Shown: piece by piece, positions 17,040 to 25,738 of the stretch
Numbering within the stretch: the first letter of the stretch is position 1
Layout: the number at the start of each line of letters is the position of its first letter
NCBI GenBank assembly: GCA_037137395.1
Contig: JBAXKK010000019.1
Location: 1 to 36,082, forward strand
DNA length: 36,082 nucleotides
Reading direction: 5' to 3'
Source of the DNA: Elusimicrobiota bacterium
Lineage (GTDB): Bacteria > Elusimicrobiota > Elusimicrobia > Elusimicrobiales > UBA9959
The notes under the pieces: model-generated
Seen by the model: the letters and a program-made list of their open reading frames with translations, nothing else
Told to the model about the DNA's origin: nothing
The model's database searches: none
Made by a program: the position numbers and the translations under genes

Positions 17040-18412
17040 TAGGCCGAGCGCTTGTGGTGCACATTCCAGGTGGCGGCGAACAGCGCCGCGGCTATAGCGC
17101 AAGCCCCGAGCAGCAGCACGAACCCTCCGTCCCAGCCCCACCTGTCCACAACTCTACCCATACCAAGTTCCGCTATCACGGCTCCGAATACATAGCCGAA
17201 GAAACCGGTGAAGCCGGCCGCGGTCCCGGCCGCTTTCTTGGGCACAAGATCCACGGCGCTCACGCCTATCAGCATAACCGGGCCGTATATAAGAAAACCT
17301 ATGCCGAAAAGCGCTATTGAATCCACCGCGAAACTACCGGGAGGGTTCTTCCAGTATATCCACACAAACACCGCCACAAGAACCATGTAGATAAAAGAAA
17401 CCGGACTCCTGCGCCCTCCGAATAGCCGGTCGCTGGCCCAGCCGGCCAGAAGCGTGCCCGGTATGCCGGCGACCTCATAGACGAAAAATTGCCAGCGCGC
17501 CATGTCCGGGGGGCAGGCTTTGACGGCCGTAAGATAAGTCGGCGCCCAGTTCAGCACGCCGTAGCGCACCACATACACGAAAATATTAGCCACGGCTATT
17601 ATCCACAGCGGCTTGTTATTGAGGATAAAATTAACAAATATCTCTTTAGCGCCAAGCTCCTTCTCCGGATCGGCCACGCCGGTGTCAGGATGGTCGTTTT
17701 TATAATCTTCGATAGAGGGCAGGCCGCAGGATTGCGGCGTGTCGCGCAAAAAAATCAGCAGGATGACGCCCATCCCTAATGCCAGAAAGGCGGGCGCGTA
17801 AAATATCACGCTAAACGCCAGACCGGAATCCAGCGCGGCGCCCACGGCGAACACCGAGGCCAAAGCTATGGCGGCATTTACCAGGGGCCCCACCAGTCCG
17901 CCCCCCAGATTGTGCGCCAGGTTCCACGTCGCGAACACGGTGCCGCGCTCCTTGTCTGAAAACCAGTGGGTAAGCGTGCGCGCGCAGGGAGCCCATCCCA
18001 TGCCCTGCGCCCAGCCGTTAAGGAACCAGAGCGCGAACATCAAGCCTATTGAACCGGCGACGGTGGGAAAGGTCAGATTGAGCAGGCCGGAAAGTATGAG
18101 CCCGGTGGCCATAAAGTAGCGGGGGTTTGAGCGGTCCGAGACGTTGCCCATTATAAATTTGCTCAGGCCGTAGGCTATAGCGAGGCCTGTCGCGATAAGG
18201 CCGACATCGCTCTTTGACATGCCGTAATCCCTTATCAAGTACGGCTTGGCCAGAGAAAAATTATTGCGCACGAAATAAAAAAAGGTGTATCCGCTGAAGG
18301 CGCCCAGCATCATCTGCCAGCGCAGACTCCGATACACGGAAGCCGCTTTTTCTTTTGGAAGCGGCTCCGCGAAAGCCGCGGGGCGGTAGATGGAAAATAG
18401 TTTTTTTAACAT
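17039..18412 (-). CDS. glpT: Glycerol-3-phosphate/organophosphate:Pi antiporter (MFS, OPA family)
   Basis: SDRSNPRYF, QGMGW, WNLAHNLGGG, RDTPQSCGLP, YGPVMLIG, KKAAGTAAGFTG. Confidence 0.93.
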   Translation of the reverse strand: MLKKLFSIYRPAAFAEPLPKEKAASVYRSLRWQMMLGAFSGYTFFYFVRNNFSLAKPYLIRDYGMSKSDVGLIATGLAIAYGLSKFIMGNVSDRSNPRYFMATGLILSGLLNLTFPTVAGSIGLMFALWFLNGWAQGMGWAPCARTLTHWFSDKERGTVFATWNLAHNLGGGLVGPLVNAAIALASVFAVGAALDSGLAFSVIFYAPAFLALGMGVILLIFLRDTPQSCGLPSIEDYKNDHPDTGVADPEKELGAKEIFVNFILNNKPLWIIAVANIFVYVVRYGVLNWAPTYLTAVKACPPDMARWQFFVYEVAGIPGTLLAGWASDRLFGGRRSPVSFIYMVLVAVFVWIYWKNPPGSFAVDSIALFGIGFLIYGPVMLIGVSAVDLVPKKAAGTAAGFTGFFGYVFGAVIAELGMGRVVDRWGWDGGFVLLLGACAIAAALFAATWNVHHKRSA

Positions 18413-18459
18413 AAAGTCTCCGTAGATAAAAACCCGTCTGATGAGCCTGATCGCCCGGC

Positions 18460-18518
18460 CTGCCGCGCTGTCTTGCTATTTAACTGCCGCGCTGTCTTGC
18501 TGTCGTACTGCCGCGCTG
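18460..18518. repeat. 24-bp-period tandem repeat
   Basis: CTGCCGCGCTG at 18460, 18484 and 18508; also once at about 20585. Confidence 0.8.
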
Positions 18519-18529
18519 ATGGTCTCTGT

Positions 18530-19246
18530 TTACTTTTTCCCCAATTCTTCTCTGGTCAGGCGGCGGTACTCTCCGGGCTGAAGCTCTCCCAGCTTTAGTC
18601 TGCCGAAAGCGATACGCTTCAGTTTGGTGACTTCGTGGCCCAGGGCCAAAAACAGTCTGCGTATCTCGCGATTTTTACCTTCAGTCAATTCAACCGTCAA
18701 ATGAGATTCCTTCTCGCTGACCTTGCGGGTGGTTATACAGGACGGCTTCAGCAGCTCGCCGTCATCCATTACGCCTTCCCACGCCCTGAGCAATTCCTCC
18801 CGGGTGACGCGGCCCTTTACCGTCACAACGTAAACACGCGGTATAGCGTTGGCCGGGTCGGTAAGGTAGGCTGAAAGCCGGGTATCGTTGGTGAGTATCA
18901 ATAAACCTGTGGAGGCCATATCCAGGCGGCCTACCGGGTGAAGATTGCGCAGTTCAGCCGGCAAGAGGTCAAACACGGTACTTCGCCCTTTTTCATCTGA
19001 TTTTGTGGTGACCACAGAGGCGGGCTTGTTCAGCATTATCGTGATCCATTCGTCCCGGAGCACCGGCTTCCCGTCCACGGCAAATTTGTCGGTTTCCGGG
19101 GCGACCTGATACATGGGGTCCCGGACGGTCCGCCCGTTAACCTGCAGGCGACCGGCCAGGATCCATTCTCTGGTCTGGCTGCGGGAAGCCGCGCCAAGTT
19201 TAGAGAGCGCGCGCTCCAAAGGGACTTTCCCGAATTCTATCGCCAT
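18530..19246 (-). CDS. RsuA/RluB-family pseudouridine synthase with S4 domain
   Basis: S4 N-terminus, LNKP, VGRLD..STGLLILTND, EGKNREIRR. Confidence 0.93.
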   Translation of the reverse strand: MAIEFGKVPLERALSKLGAASRSQTREWILAGRLQVNGRTVRDPMYQVAPETDKFAVDGKPVLRDEWITIMLNKPASVVTTKSDEKGRSTVFDLLPAELRNLHPVGRLDMASTGLLILTNDTRLSAYLTDPANAIPRVYVVTVKGRVTREELLRAWEGVMDDGELLKPSCITTRKVSEKESHLTVELTEGKNREIRRLFLALGHEVTKLKRIAFGRLKLGELQPGEYRRLTREELGKK

Positions 19247-19307
19247 GTGTTATTTAGACCATAGACTATTGGATTGTCAGGTAAAAAGCGACGGCAGTTA
19301 TTGCCTT

Positions 19308-20564
19308 TTACAGCAGCGGGTTGGAAATCAGGCCGTCGGCCAGTTTAGGCTCGAACCAGGTGGACTTGGGAGGCATAACCTGATTATCATCGGCTACCGC
19401 TATCAGTTCTTCCAGCGAGGTGGGATAAAGCGCGAAGGCGGCCTTCATTTCCCCGGAGTTCACGCGCGTCTCAAGCTCTTTAAGCCCGCGGATGCCTCCG
19501 ACAAAATCAACTCGGGTGGATTTTCGCAGATCCTGTATCCCCAGCATCTTATCCAGCACCAGATCCGAAAGCACACTGACATCAAGCGCTCTCACGGGAT
19601 CGTCCGTTTTAGAGGGAGTAGGGACAGCCGGTTTCATGAGGTACCACTTAGCATCCAGATACATTCCGAATTCCCGACGGGCGGCGGGCTTAGCCTGGCC
19701 GGAAATTTCAGTAACCGAAAACTTCTCCCGCAGTTTCGCCAAAAATATTTCCGGAGTCATGCCATTCAGATCCTTAACCACGCGGTTATAGTCCCAGATC
19801 TTCATTTCGCTGACCGGGTAGGCTACGGCGAGGTAAGTATTATAAGGTTCGGTCCCGGTATGGGCGGCGCCGCGTGTCTCCGCCATGTACTTTTTGATAC
19901 GGGAGGCCGCGGCCGAGCGGTGATGCCCGTCGGCTATATATACGGCCTTTTGTTTTTCAAAAGCTTCAACAACAGTTTTGATATCGGCCTCGTCGTCCAG
20001 CACCCAGAGGGTATGAATGACGCCGCCGGTTCCCTCCACGGAAAACTCGGGAGTCTCATTTACTTTTTTCTTTATAACAGCGTCCACTTCGGAGATCTGC
20101 TTGTAAGCTATGAGCCCCGGGCCCGTCTGGGCCTTTACGAATTTTATCTGGTTTACCCTGTCGTCCTCCTTTATCGGACGCGTAAATTCGTGTTTGCGGA
20201 TGCGGTTTGAATCGTAATCGTCCACGCACGCGCCGACCACAAGGCCGGTCTGGACATGCGTGCCCATCTTAAGCCGGTAGACATAGAAGCAGGGCTTCTC
20301 TTCGCGGATAAGCGCGCCGGAATCCATCATTTTGCGGAAATTTTCAGCCGCCTTTTTATAAACAGCTTCCGAGTAAACGTCGGTGCCTTCGGGCAGGTCT
20401 ATCTCCGCCTTGGAAACATGAAGAAAGCTCAGCGGCCTGCCCAGGGCCATCGCACGCGCTTCCTTAGAATCCAACACGTCGTAAGGTGGCGCTATCACAT
20501 CCTGCGCTTTGCCTTTCGCGGGCCTGATGCCGTAGATGGGGTTAAATAAAGGAAGTTTCTTCAT
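19308..20564 (-). CDS. DUF1015 family protein (ParB/Srx-like motif)
   Basis: APPYDV, KHEFTR, YIADGHHR, MPPKSTWFEPKL; follows serC-serA. Confidence 0.92.
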   Translation of the reverse strand: MKKLPLFNPIYGIRPAKGKAQDVIAPPYDVLDSKEARAMALGRPLSFLHVSKAEIDLPEGTDVYSEAVYKKAAENFRKMMDSGALIREEKPCFYVYRLKMGTHVQTGLVVGACVDDYDSNRIRKHEFTRPIKEDDRVNQIKFVKAQTGPGLIAYKQISEVDAVIKKKVNETPEFSVEGTGGVIHTLWVLDDEADIKTVVEAFEKQKAVYIADGHHRSAAASRIKKYMAETRGAAHTGTEPYNTYLAVAYPVSEMKIWDYNRVVKDLNGMTPEIFLAKLREKFSVTEISGQAKPAARREFGMYLDAKWYLMKPAVPTPSKTDDPVRALDVSVLSDLVLDKMLGIQDLRKSTRVDFVGGIRGLKELETRVNSGEMKAAFALYPTSLEELIAVADDNQVMPPKSTWFEPKLADGLISNPLL

Positions 20565-20595
20565 GCCTGTCGCCTCATAATTACCTGCCGCGCTG

Positions 20596-21546
20596 TTACA
20601 CCTTATCGCCGTTGACGGCGTTGGTTATCTTGCCCGTCAGCAGGTAGTCGGCTATCTGCTCGGCGGCCTGGCGCGCCACGGTAACCTGCGCGTCTTTAGT
20701 AGACGCGGCGATATGCGGCGTGGCTATGACATTCTCCATGCCGAAAAAGATGTGTTCGGTGGCCGGCTCTTTGGCGTAAACATCGCAGGCGAGACCTGCC
20801 ATCTGGCCGCTAAGGAGGGCTTCCTTTATATCGGCCTCCGCCATAATGCCGCCGCGGGCGCAGTTGATGACGCGCACGCCCTTCTTCATCTTGGCAATGG
20901 CGTCCTTGTTCAGCATGCCTTTGGTGGCGGGGTTGATGGTCACATGATAGGTGATAAAGTCGGACTTGGCGTACAATTCTTCAAGCGTGGCAGTCTTTAC
21001 GCCCAACGCGCTGGCACGCTCGGCGGTCATAGCCGGATCAAAAACCAGCACATTCATCTTCAGGCCCAGCGCGCGGTCAGCCACAACGGCGCCGATATTA
21101 CCGCAACCCACTACGCCAAGAGTCTTGCCGGTTATCTCCACTCCCTCAAACTTTTTCTTTTCCCACTTGCCGGCGTGCGTGGACGCGTTGGCCTGCGGAA
21201 TATGGCGCGCCAGCGCCATCATCATGGCTATGGCGTGCTCGCCAGTTGAGACCGTGTTCCCGAAAGGCGTGTTCATCACCAGCACTTTTTTTTCGGAGCA
21301 GGCGGGGACATCTATATTATCCACGCCGGACCCGGCGCGGGCCACAGCTTTAAGGTTTTTTGCGGCTTCTATTATGTCGCGGGTGAGCGTAGTGGCTGAA
21401 CGCACTATTATCGCGTCGAACTGATCAGCGCAGGCTTTCAGCTCTTCGGGCTTCATCCCGGTCTTCACCACCGGCTCAAGGCCTCTTTCTTTCAGAATTT
21501 TTTCGCAGAGCGAATCGGCTTTATCGGCGATCAGAACTTTTTTCAT
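20596..21546 (-). CDS. serA: D-3-phosphoglycerate dehydrogenase (short form, no ACT domain)
   Basis: RAGSGVDNID, GCGNIG, INCARGG, TPHIAAST; ATGA overlap with serC. Confidence 0.9.
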   Translation of the reverse strand: MKKVLIADKADSLCEKILKERGLEPVVKTGMKPEELKACADQFDAIIVRSATTLTRDIIEAAKNLKAVARAGSGVDNIDVPACSEKKVLVMNTPFGNTVSTGEHAIAMMMALARHIPQANASTHAGKWEKKKFEGVEITGKTLGVVGCGNIGAVVADRALGLKMNVLVFDPAMTAERASALGVKTATLEELYAKSDFITYHVTINPATKGMLNKDAIAKMKKGVRVINCARGGIMAEADIKEALLSGQMAGLACDVYAKEPATEHIFFGMENVIATPHIAASTKDAQVTVARQAAEQIADYLLTGKITNAVNGDKV

Positions 21547-22721
21547 TTCGTTATCTCCTTTGCGTATTCGTTAGAAACGGCGTCATAGGCCCAGTCCAGC
21601 CATTGGGTGAGGATTTCAACATCGGAAGCCTCCACGGTGGCGCCGCACCAGACGCGGATGCCGGCCGGAGCCTTGCCGTATGAGTTGATGTCGTAGGCCA
21701 CGCCTTCCTTATCAAGCATCGAGGTTATCTTTTTGGCGGCCTTGGTCTTCTCTTCGTCGGCGAGCCCGGCGAACCAGCCGGCGGTGATCTTAAGGCAGAC
21801 CGAGGTGTTGGAGCGGATCTCTTTAGTTTCGGCCAAAAAAGCGGCCCAGGCGGATTTTTCAACCCATTTTTCCAGAGCGTTAAGGTTGGCGGTGGAGCGC
21901 CCGACCAGACCTTTACAGCCGCCGATGGATTCAGCCCACTTAAGAGCGTCCACGGCGTCCTCAACGCACAGCATCGAAGGAGTGTTGACCGTGTTGTATT
22001 CAAGCTCCCCCGGCTTCAGCTTACCCTCGGCGGCGAGGCGGAAGATCTTCGGCACGGGCCAGGAAACTTTGGGCTCGTTTTCTTCCATACGCCTGACGGC
22101 CCTGGGCGACAGGATTATAACGCCGTGCGCGGCTTCCCCGCCCAGCACTTTCTGCCAAGAGAATGTGATGACATCAAGTTTGGCGTAATCCATCTCCATG
22201 GCGAAAATTCCTGAGGTGGCGTCACAGATGGTAAGGCCTTCCCTGTCTGAGCTTATCCATTTCAGGTCTGGCACCTTTACGCCGGAGGTGGTGCCGTTCA
22301 TCGTAAAAATGACATCGTGCGAGAAATCGGCCTTGCTAAGGTCGGGAATCTTGCCGTAATCGGCTTTATATTCCTTAACATCCGGCAGTTTCAGATACTT
22401 GATCGCGTCTGTCATCCAGCCTTTACCGAAGGATTCCCAGCCGAATATATCAACCGGGCGCGGGCCAAGCATGGTCCACATGGCAAGCTCCACGGCTCCG
22501 GTGTCGGAGCCCGCGACCACGCCTATGCGGTAATCGGCGGGGAGGCCGAGAACTTTCTTCATCCGGTCTGAAACTTCCTGCAGCCTGGCTTTACCTTCTT
22601 TGGAGCGGTGGGACCTGCCGACGAGCGCGTTCTTCAGGGCGTCAACTGTCCAACCGGGCCTCTTGGCGCAGGGGCCTGAGGAAAAATTAGGGCATTTGGT
22701 CTTTACAGCAGGTTTCTGCAT
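21543..22721 (-). CDS. serC: Phosphoserine aminotransferase (Methanosarcina/alphaproteobacterial type)
   Basis: FSSGPCAKRPGW, SHRS, CDATS, FSWQK (PLP Lys), NTPS; AAGGAG SD. Confidence 0.95.
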   Translation of the reverse strand: MQKPAVKTKCPNFSSGPCAKRPGWTVDALKNALVGRSHRSKEGKARLQEVSDRMKKVLGLPADYRIGVVAGSDTGAVELAMWTMLGPRPVDIFGWESFGKGWMTDAIKYLKLPDVKEYKADYGKIPDLSKADFSHDVIFTMNGTTSGVKVPDLKWISSDREGLTICDATSGIFAMEMDYAKLDVITFSWQKVLGGEAAHGVIILSPRAVRRMEENEPKVSWPVPKIFRLAAEGKLKPGELEYNTVNTPSMLCVEDAVDALKWAESIGGCKGLVGRSTANLNALEKWVEKSAWAAFLAETKEIRSNTSVCLKITAGWFAGLADEEKTKAAKKITSMLDKEGVAYDINSYGKAPAGIRVWCGATVEASDVEILTQWLDWAYDAVSNEYAKEITK

Positions 22722-22810
22722 ATTATAGTCTCCTTATTATCCGCAGTCTATAACCGCACCGGCAAATAATCTGAGGTAAGCGCGGGATTCAATATCCCAT
22801 CCTGCTGCTA

Positions 22811-22840
22811 ATTCTAACTTTTTATATCCCCCGCTGACAA
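22811..22840 (-). promoter_or_regulatory. Candidate ser operon promoter
   Basis: TTGTCA, 18 bp spacer, TAGAAT. Confidence 0.5.
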
Positions 22841-22931
22841 CCCCGCCCGGCGAAGCTTTCCGGGCCGACAATGCCGATTTTGTCCGGGTTCCAACTCATT
22901 GGAACTTTTACCGCATTTTTTTATTTATCCA

Positions 22932-22960
22932 TTGAAACTCAGCCTGAATATCTATAGAAT
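22932..22960 (+). promoter_or_regulatory. Candidate promoter of the ATPase gene
   Basis: TTGAAA, 17 bp spacer, TAGAAT, 8 nt before the ATG. Confidence 0.6.
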
Positions 22961-22968
22961 AGAAGGGT

Positions 22969-25221
22969 ATGAACAAGGTATGGCGCTTTAAAGACGAATG
23001 GCTTATGCGTGCCCTGGAAGGCGTTAAAGGAGCGGATGCGGCGTTTATCGCCAAAGCGCGCGCGGAAAAAAAACCGTACCTTTCCCACGCCCTGGTGGAC
23101 GCAGACCTATTTACGGCCCAGCAGCTGGGCGAAATTGTTGAACTGACCTTCAAGGTAAAATATCTGCCGCTGATTCCGGAAAGCGCTGACAAGTTCGGGC
23201 TCACGCTGGTTCAGGAAAGAATGTGCCGCAAGCATCAGTTGGTCCCGGTTGGCGTTTCAGAGGGTGAAATCCGCCTGGCCATGGCCGACCCTCTCAACCT
23301 GCAGGCGCAGTCGGATGTGGAGGCGGTGACGGCGCGCCGCGTGATACCGTTTTTTTCCCTGCCGCGCGCGGTCGCGTCCTGTCTGGAAAAGATTTTCAGC
23401 TCTGAAAATGTAATCAACGAGCTTCTCAGCAAGGTGGACGCTCCCGATGAGATACAGCTGCTGGACGAGGATATCCCAAGCGATATCTCAGGTGACGACG
23501 GCTTAAGCGTAACCACACCGGTGATAATGCTGGTCAATTCCATAATTTCGCAGGCCCATCATAAGCGCTCTTCCGATATCCATATCGAACACGAAGAGAA
23601 AGACAGCCATGTGCGCATAAGGGTGGACGGCACGCTTAAAAATATCATGACCATCCCGCATAACCTAGCGGCCGGGCCGATGGTGTCCCGCGTGAAGATC
23701 ATGGCCAACCTGGATGTTTCCAACCACATGCGCCCGCAGGACGGCAGGGCCAAGATACGCATAGGCGGCGCTGAGATCGGCCTGCGCGTCTCAACTCTGC
23801 CCACCTCTTACGGCGAAAAGGTTGTAATTCGCATACTTGACCAGCGCGCGGCCGAAGTCCCTTTTGAGAAGCTCGGTTTCGCGCCCGAAGTATCCAGTGT
23901 GATAGAGACCTGCCTTAAGGCTTCGCAGGGCATGATATTGGTGACCGGCCCCACTGGTTCCGGCAAAACCACCACGCTTTATTCGGTCCTTAACAAGATC
24001 CGCAGCGAGAGCACAAACCTGGTTACCGTTGAAGACCCGATAGAATACAAGCTGACCGGCGTAAACCAGGTGCAGGTGAATGAAAAGCAGGGCCTAACCT
24101 TCGCCTCCGTGCTGAGATCGGTGCTGCGCCAGGATCCGGATACGATAATGGTTGGTGAGATCCGTGACCGGGAAACCGCGGATATAGCCTTCCAGGCGGC
24201 CATGACCGGCCACATGGTTTTTTCAACCCTTCACACCAACGATTCGGTCTCAACCATCGTCCGGCTTACCGACATGGGCCTAGACCGGTTTAAGATCTCT
24301 CCCGCCTTGCTCGCCATAACAGCTCAGCGGTTGGTGCGCAAACTCTGCCCTAGCTGCACCGAAAAAGTTCCTGAATCGGAAATAGACAAAAATCTTCTTG
24401 AGGCCATGGGTGAATATGGTTTTGAGAAAACCGTTTACAAGGGCGCCGGCTGCAAGACCTGCGATGGAAGCGGCTATGCCGGCCGCACCTCCATGGTTGA
24501 GCTGCTGCAGGTGACCACGGGCGTTAAGGATCTCATAAATTCCGGGGCCAGCGCGGCTGAGATTACCAAATCAGCGCTGGCCGAAAAAGCGCTGCGCACT
24601 ATGACCCACGACGCGCTCTGGCACCTGTCAATGGGCCACACAGACCTTGCGGAAGTATCGCCTTACATAACTCTTGAGAAGAAAGGCGCGTTCTCAGAAC
24701 ACCGAAAGATCCCGCGGCATCACACGGCCCATGGCGCTGTTCACGCCACCGCCCCGGTCCCCGATCGCCGAAAGACCCCGCGGCACGCTTCAGCGCCGGG
24801 CGCGGCGCACGCTACCGCAGCCGCCACGCCGTCTGGCAAGCTGCGCGTGATAATAGCCGATGATGACGCAATAATGCGCATGGTGCTAAAAAAATTCATT
24901 GAAGGAGCTGATTTTGAAGTTATTGAGGCCGTGGACGGCGAAGCCGCGCTTAACGCCATAGCTTCCGCCCCGCATCCTGACCTGCTGGTTTCGGACATAC
25001 ATATGCCGAAGATGAACGGCTATGATCTGGTAAAAGGCGTTCGTGAAACTCTAGGCATACTGGATATGCCGGTGATAATCCTGACTACCGAAAGTTCCGA
25101 CAAAAGTCAGGAGCTGGCTTTCAAATTGGGCGCGGACGACTACATCATGAAGCCTTTTAAAGCCCCGCTGGTGATAGCCCGGATAAACGCCGCGCTGCGC
25201 CGGGCGGGGAAGCTTAAATAG
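22969..25221 (+). CDS. GspE/PilB-family secretion ATPase fused to a C-terminal receiver domain
   Basis: SDIHIE, PQDGR, GPTGSGKTT, GEIRD, HMVFSTLH, CPSC/CKTC; C-terminal IIADDD...SDIHMP...KPF. Confidence 0.93.
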   Translation: MNKVWRFKDEWLMRALEGVKGADAAFIAKARAEKKPYLSHALVDADLFTAQQLGEIVELTFKVKYLPLIPESADKFGLTLVQERMCRKHQLVPVGVSEGEIRLAMADPLNLQAQSDVEAVTARRVIPFFSLPRAVASCLEKIFSSENVINELLSKVDAPDEIQLLDEDIPSDISGDDGLSVTTPVIMLVNSIISQAHHKRSSDIHIEHEEKDSHVRIRVDGTLKNIMTIPHNLAAGPMVSRVKIMANLDVSNHMRPQDGRAKIRIGGAEIGLRVSTLPTSYGEKVVIRILDQRAAEVPFEKLGFAPEVSSVIETCLKASQGMILVTGPTGSGKTTTLYSVLNKIRSESTNLVTVEDPIEYKLTGVNQVQVNEKQGLTFASVLRSVLRQDPDTIMVGEIRDRETADIAFQAAMTGHMVFSTLHTNDSVSTIVRLTDMGLDRFKISPALLAITAQRLVRKLCPSCTEKVPESEIDKNLLEAMGEYGFEKTVYKGAGCKTCDGSGYAGRTSMVELLQVTTGVKDLINSGASAAEITKSALAEKALRTMTHDALWHLSMGHTDLAEVSPYITLEKKGAFSEHRKIPRHHTAHGAVHATAPVPDRRKTPRHASAPGAAHATAAATPSGKLRVIIADDDAIMRMVLKKFIEGADFEVIEAVDGEAALNAIASAPHPDLLVSDIHMPKMNGYDLVKGVRETLGILDMPVIILTTESSDKSQELAFKLGADDYIMKPFKAPLVIARINAALRRAGKLK

Positions 25222-25290
25222 ACGCTATGGCTGAGCAAAAAAATCAGGCCGAAAAAGACAAAACCCGCATAATTTGATACTATAGTGACT

Positions 25291-25668
25291 ATGGAAGAAT
25301 CCAAGAAAAAAATACTCATTATTGAGGACGACCAGACGGTGCAGACCGTGCTCAAACTGGTTTTCACGGAAGCCGGCTATCAGGTATTCGCCGCTCTGGA
25401 TGCGATGCAGGGGGTAATGCTGGCAAAGCAGATAAAGCCAAACCTTATCGTGCTTGATATTATGATGCCGGCCGGGGGCGGGTTTGTAGTTTATGAACGC
25501 CTTAAAATGATATCCTCCTCATTCCCGATCCCGTTTCTGATTTATTCCTCCATGGACCCCTCCGTTATCAGAAAGAAAATACCCGAAGATCCTTCTGTCA
25601 TGATACTCAGCAAGAGCTCCAATATAACAGCGTTAAGGGAAGCCGCGTCAAAACTTATCGCAGGCTGA
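25291..25668 (+). CDS. Single-domain response regulator
   Basis: ILIIEDD, IVLDIMMP, conserved Ser and Lys; start ATG 25291 (or GTG 25285). Confidence 0.88.
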   Translation: MEESKKKILIIEDDQTVQTVLKLVFTEAGYQVFAALDAMQGVMLAKQIKPNLIVLDIMMPAGGGFVVYERLKMISSSFPIPFLIYSSMDPSVIRKKIPEDPSVMILSKSSNITALREAASKLIAG

Positions 25669-25683
25669 ATCCCGCCTCCGGAA

Positions 25684-25724
25684 CACAAATAAAAAAGCCC
25701 CATTCAGGGGCTTTTTTATTTGTG
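25684..25724. terminator. Bidirectional intrinsic terminator
   Basis: Perfect 18-bp [43 protein letters not shown] between convergent genes. Confidence 0.92.
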
Positions 25725-25738
25725 CCGCTGTTGGGGCT

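Noticed and set aside
19113..20210. 365-aa plus-strand ORF
   Set aside because: Antisense shadow of the DUF1015 and pseudouridine synthase genes; no protein-like features
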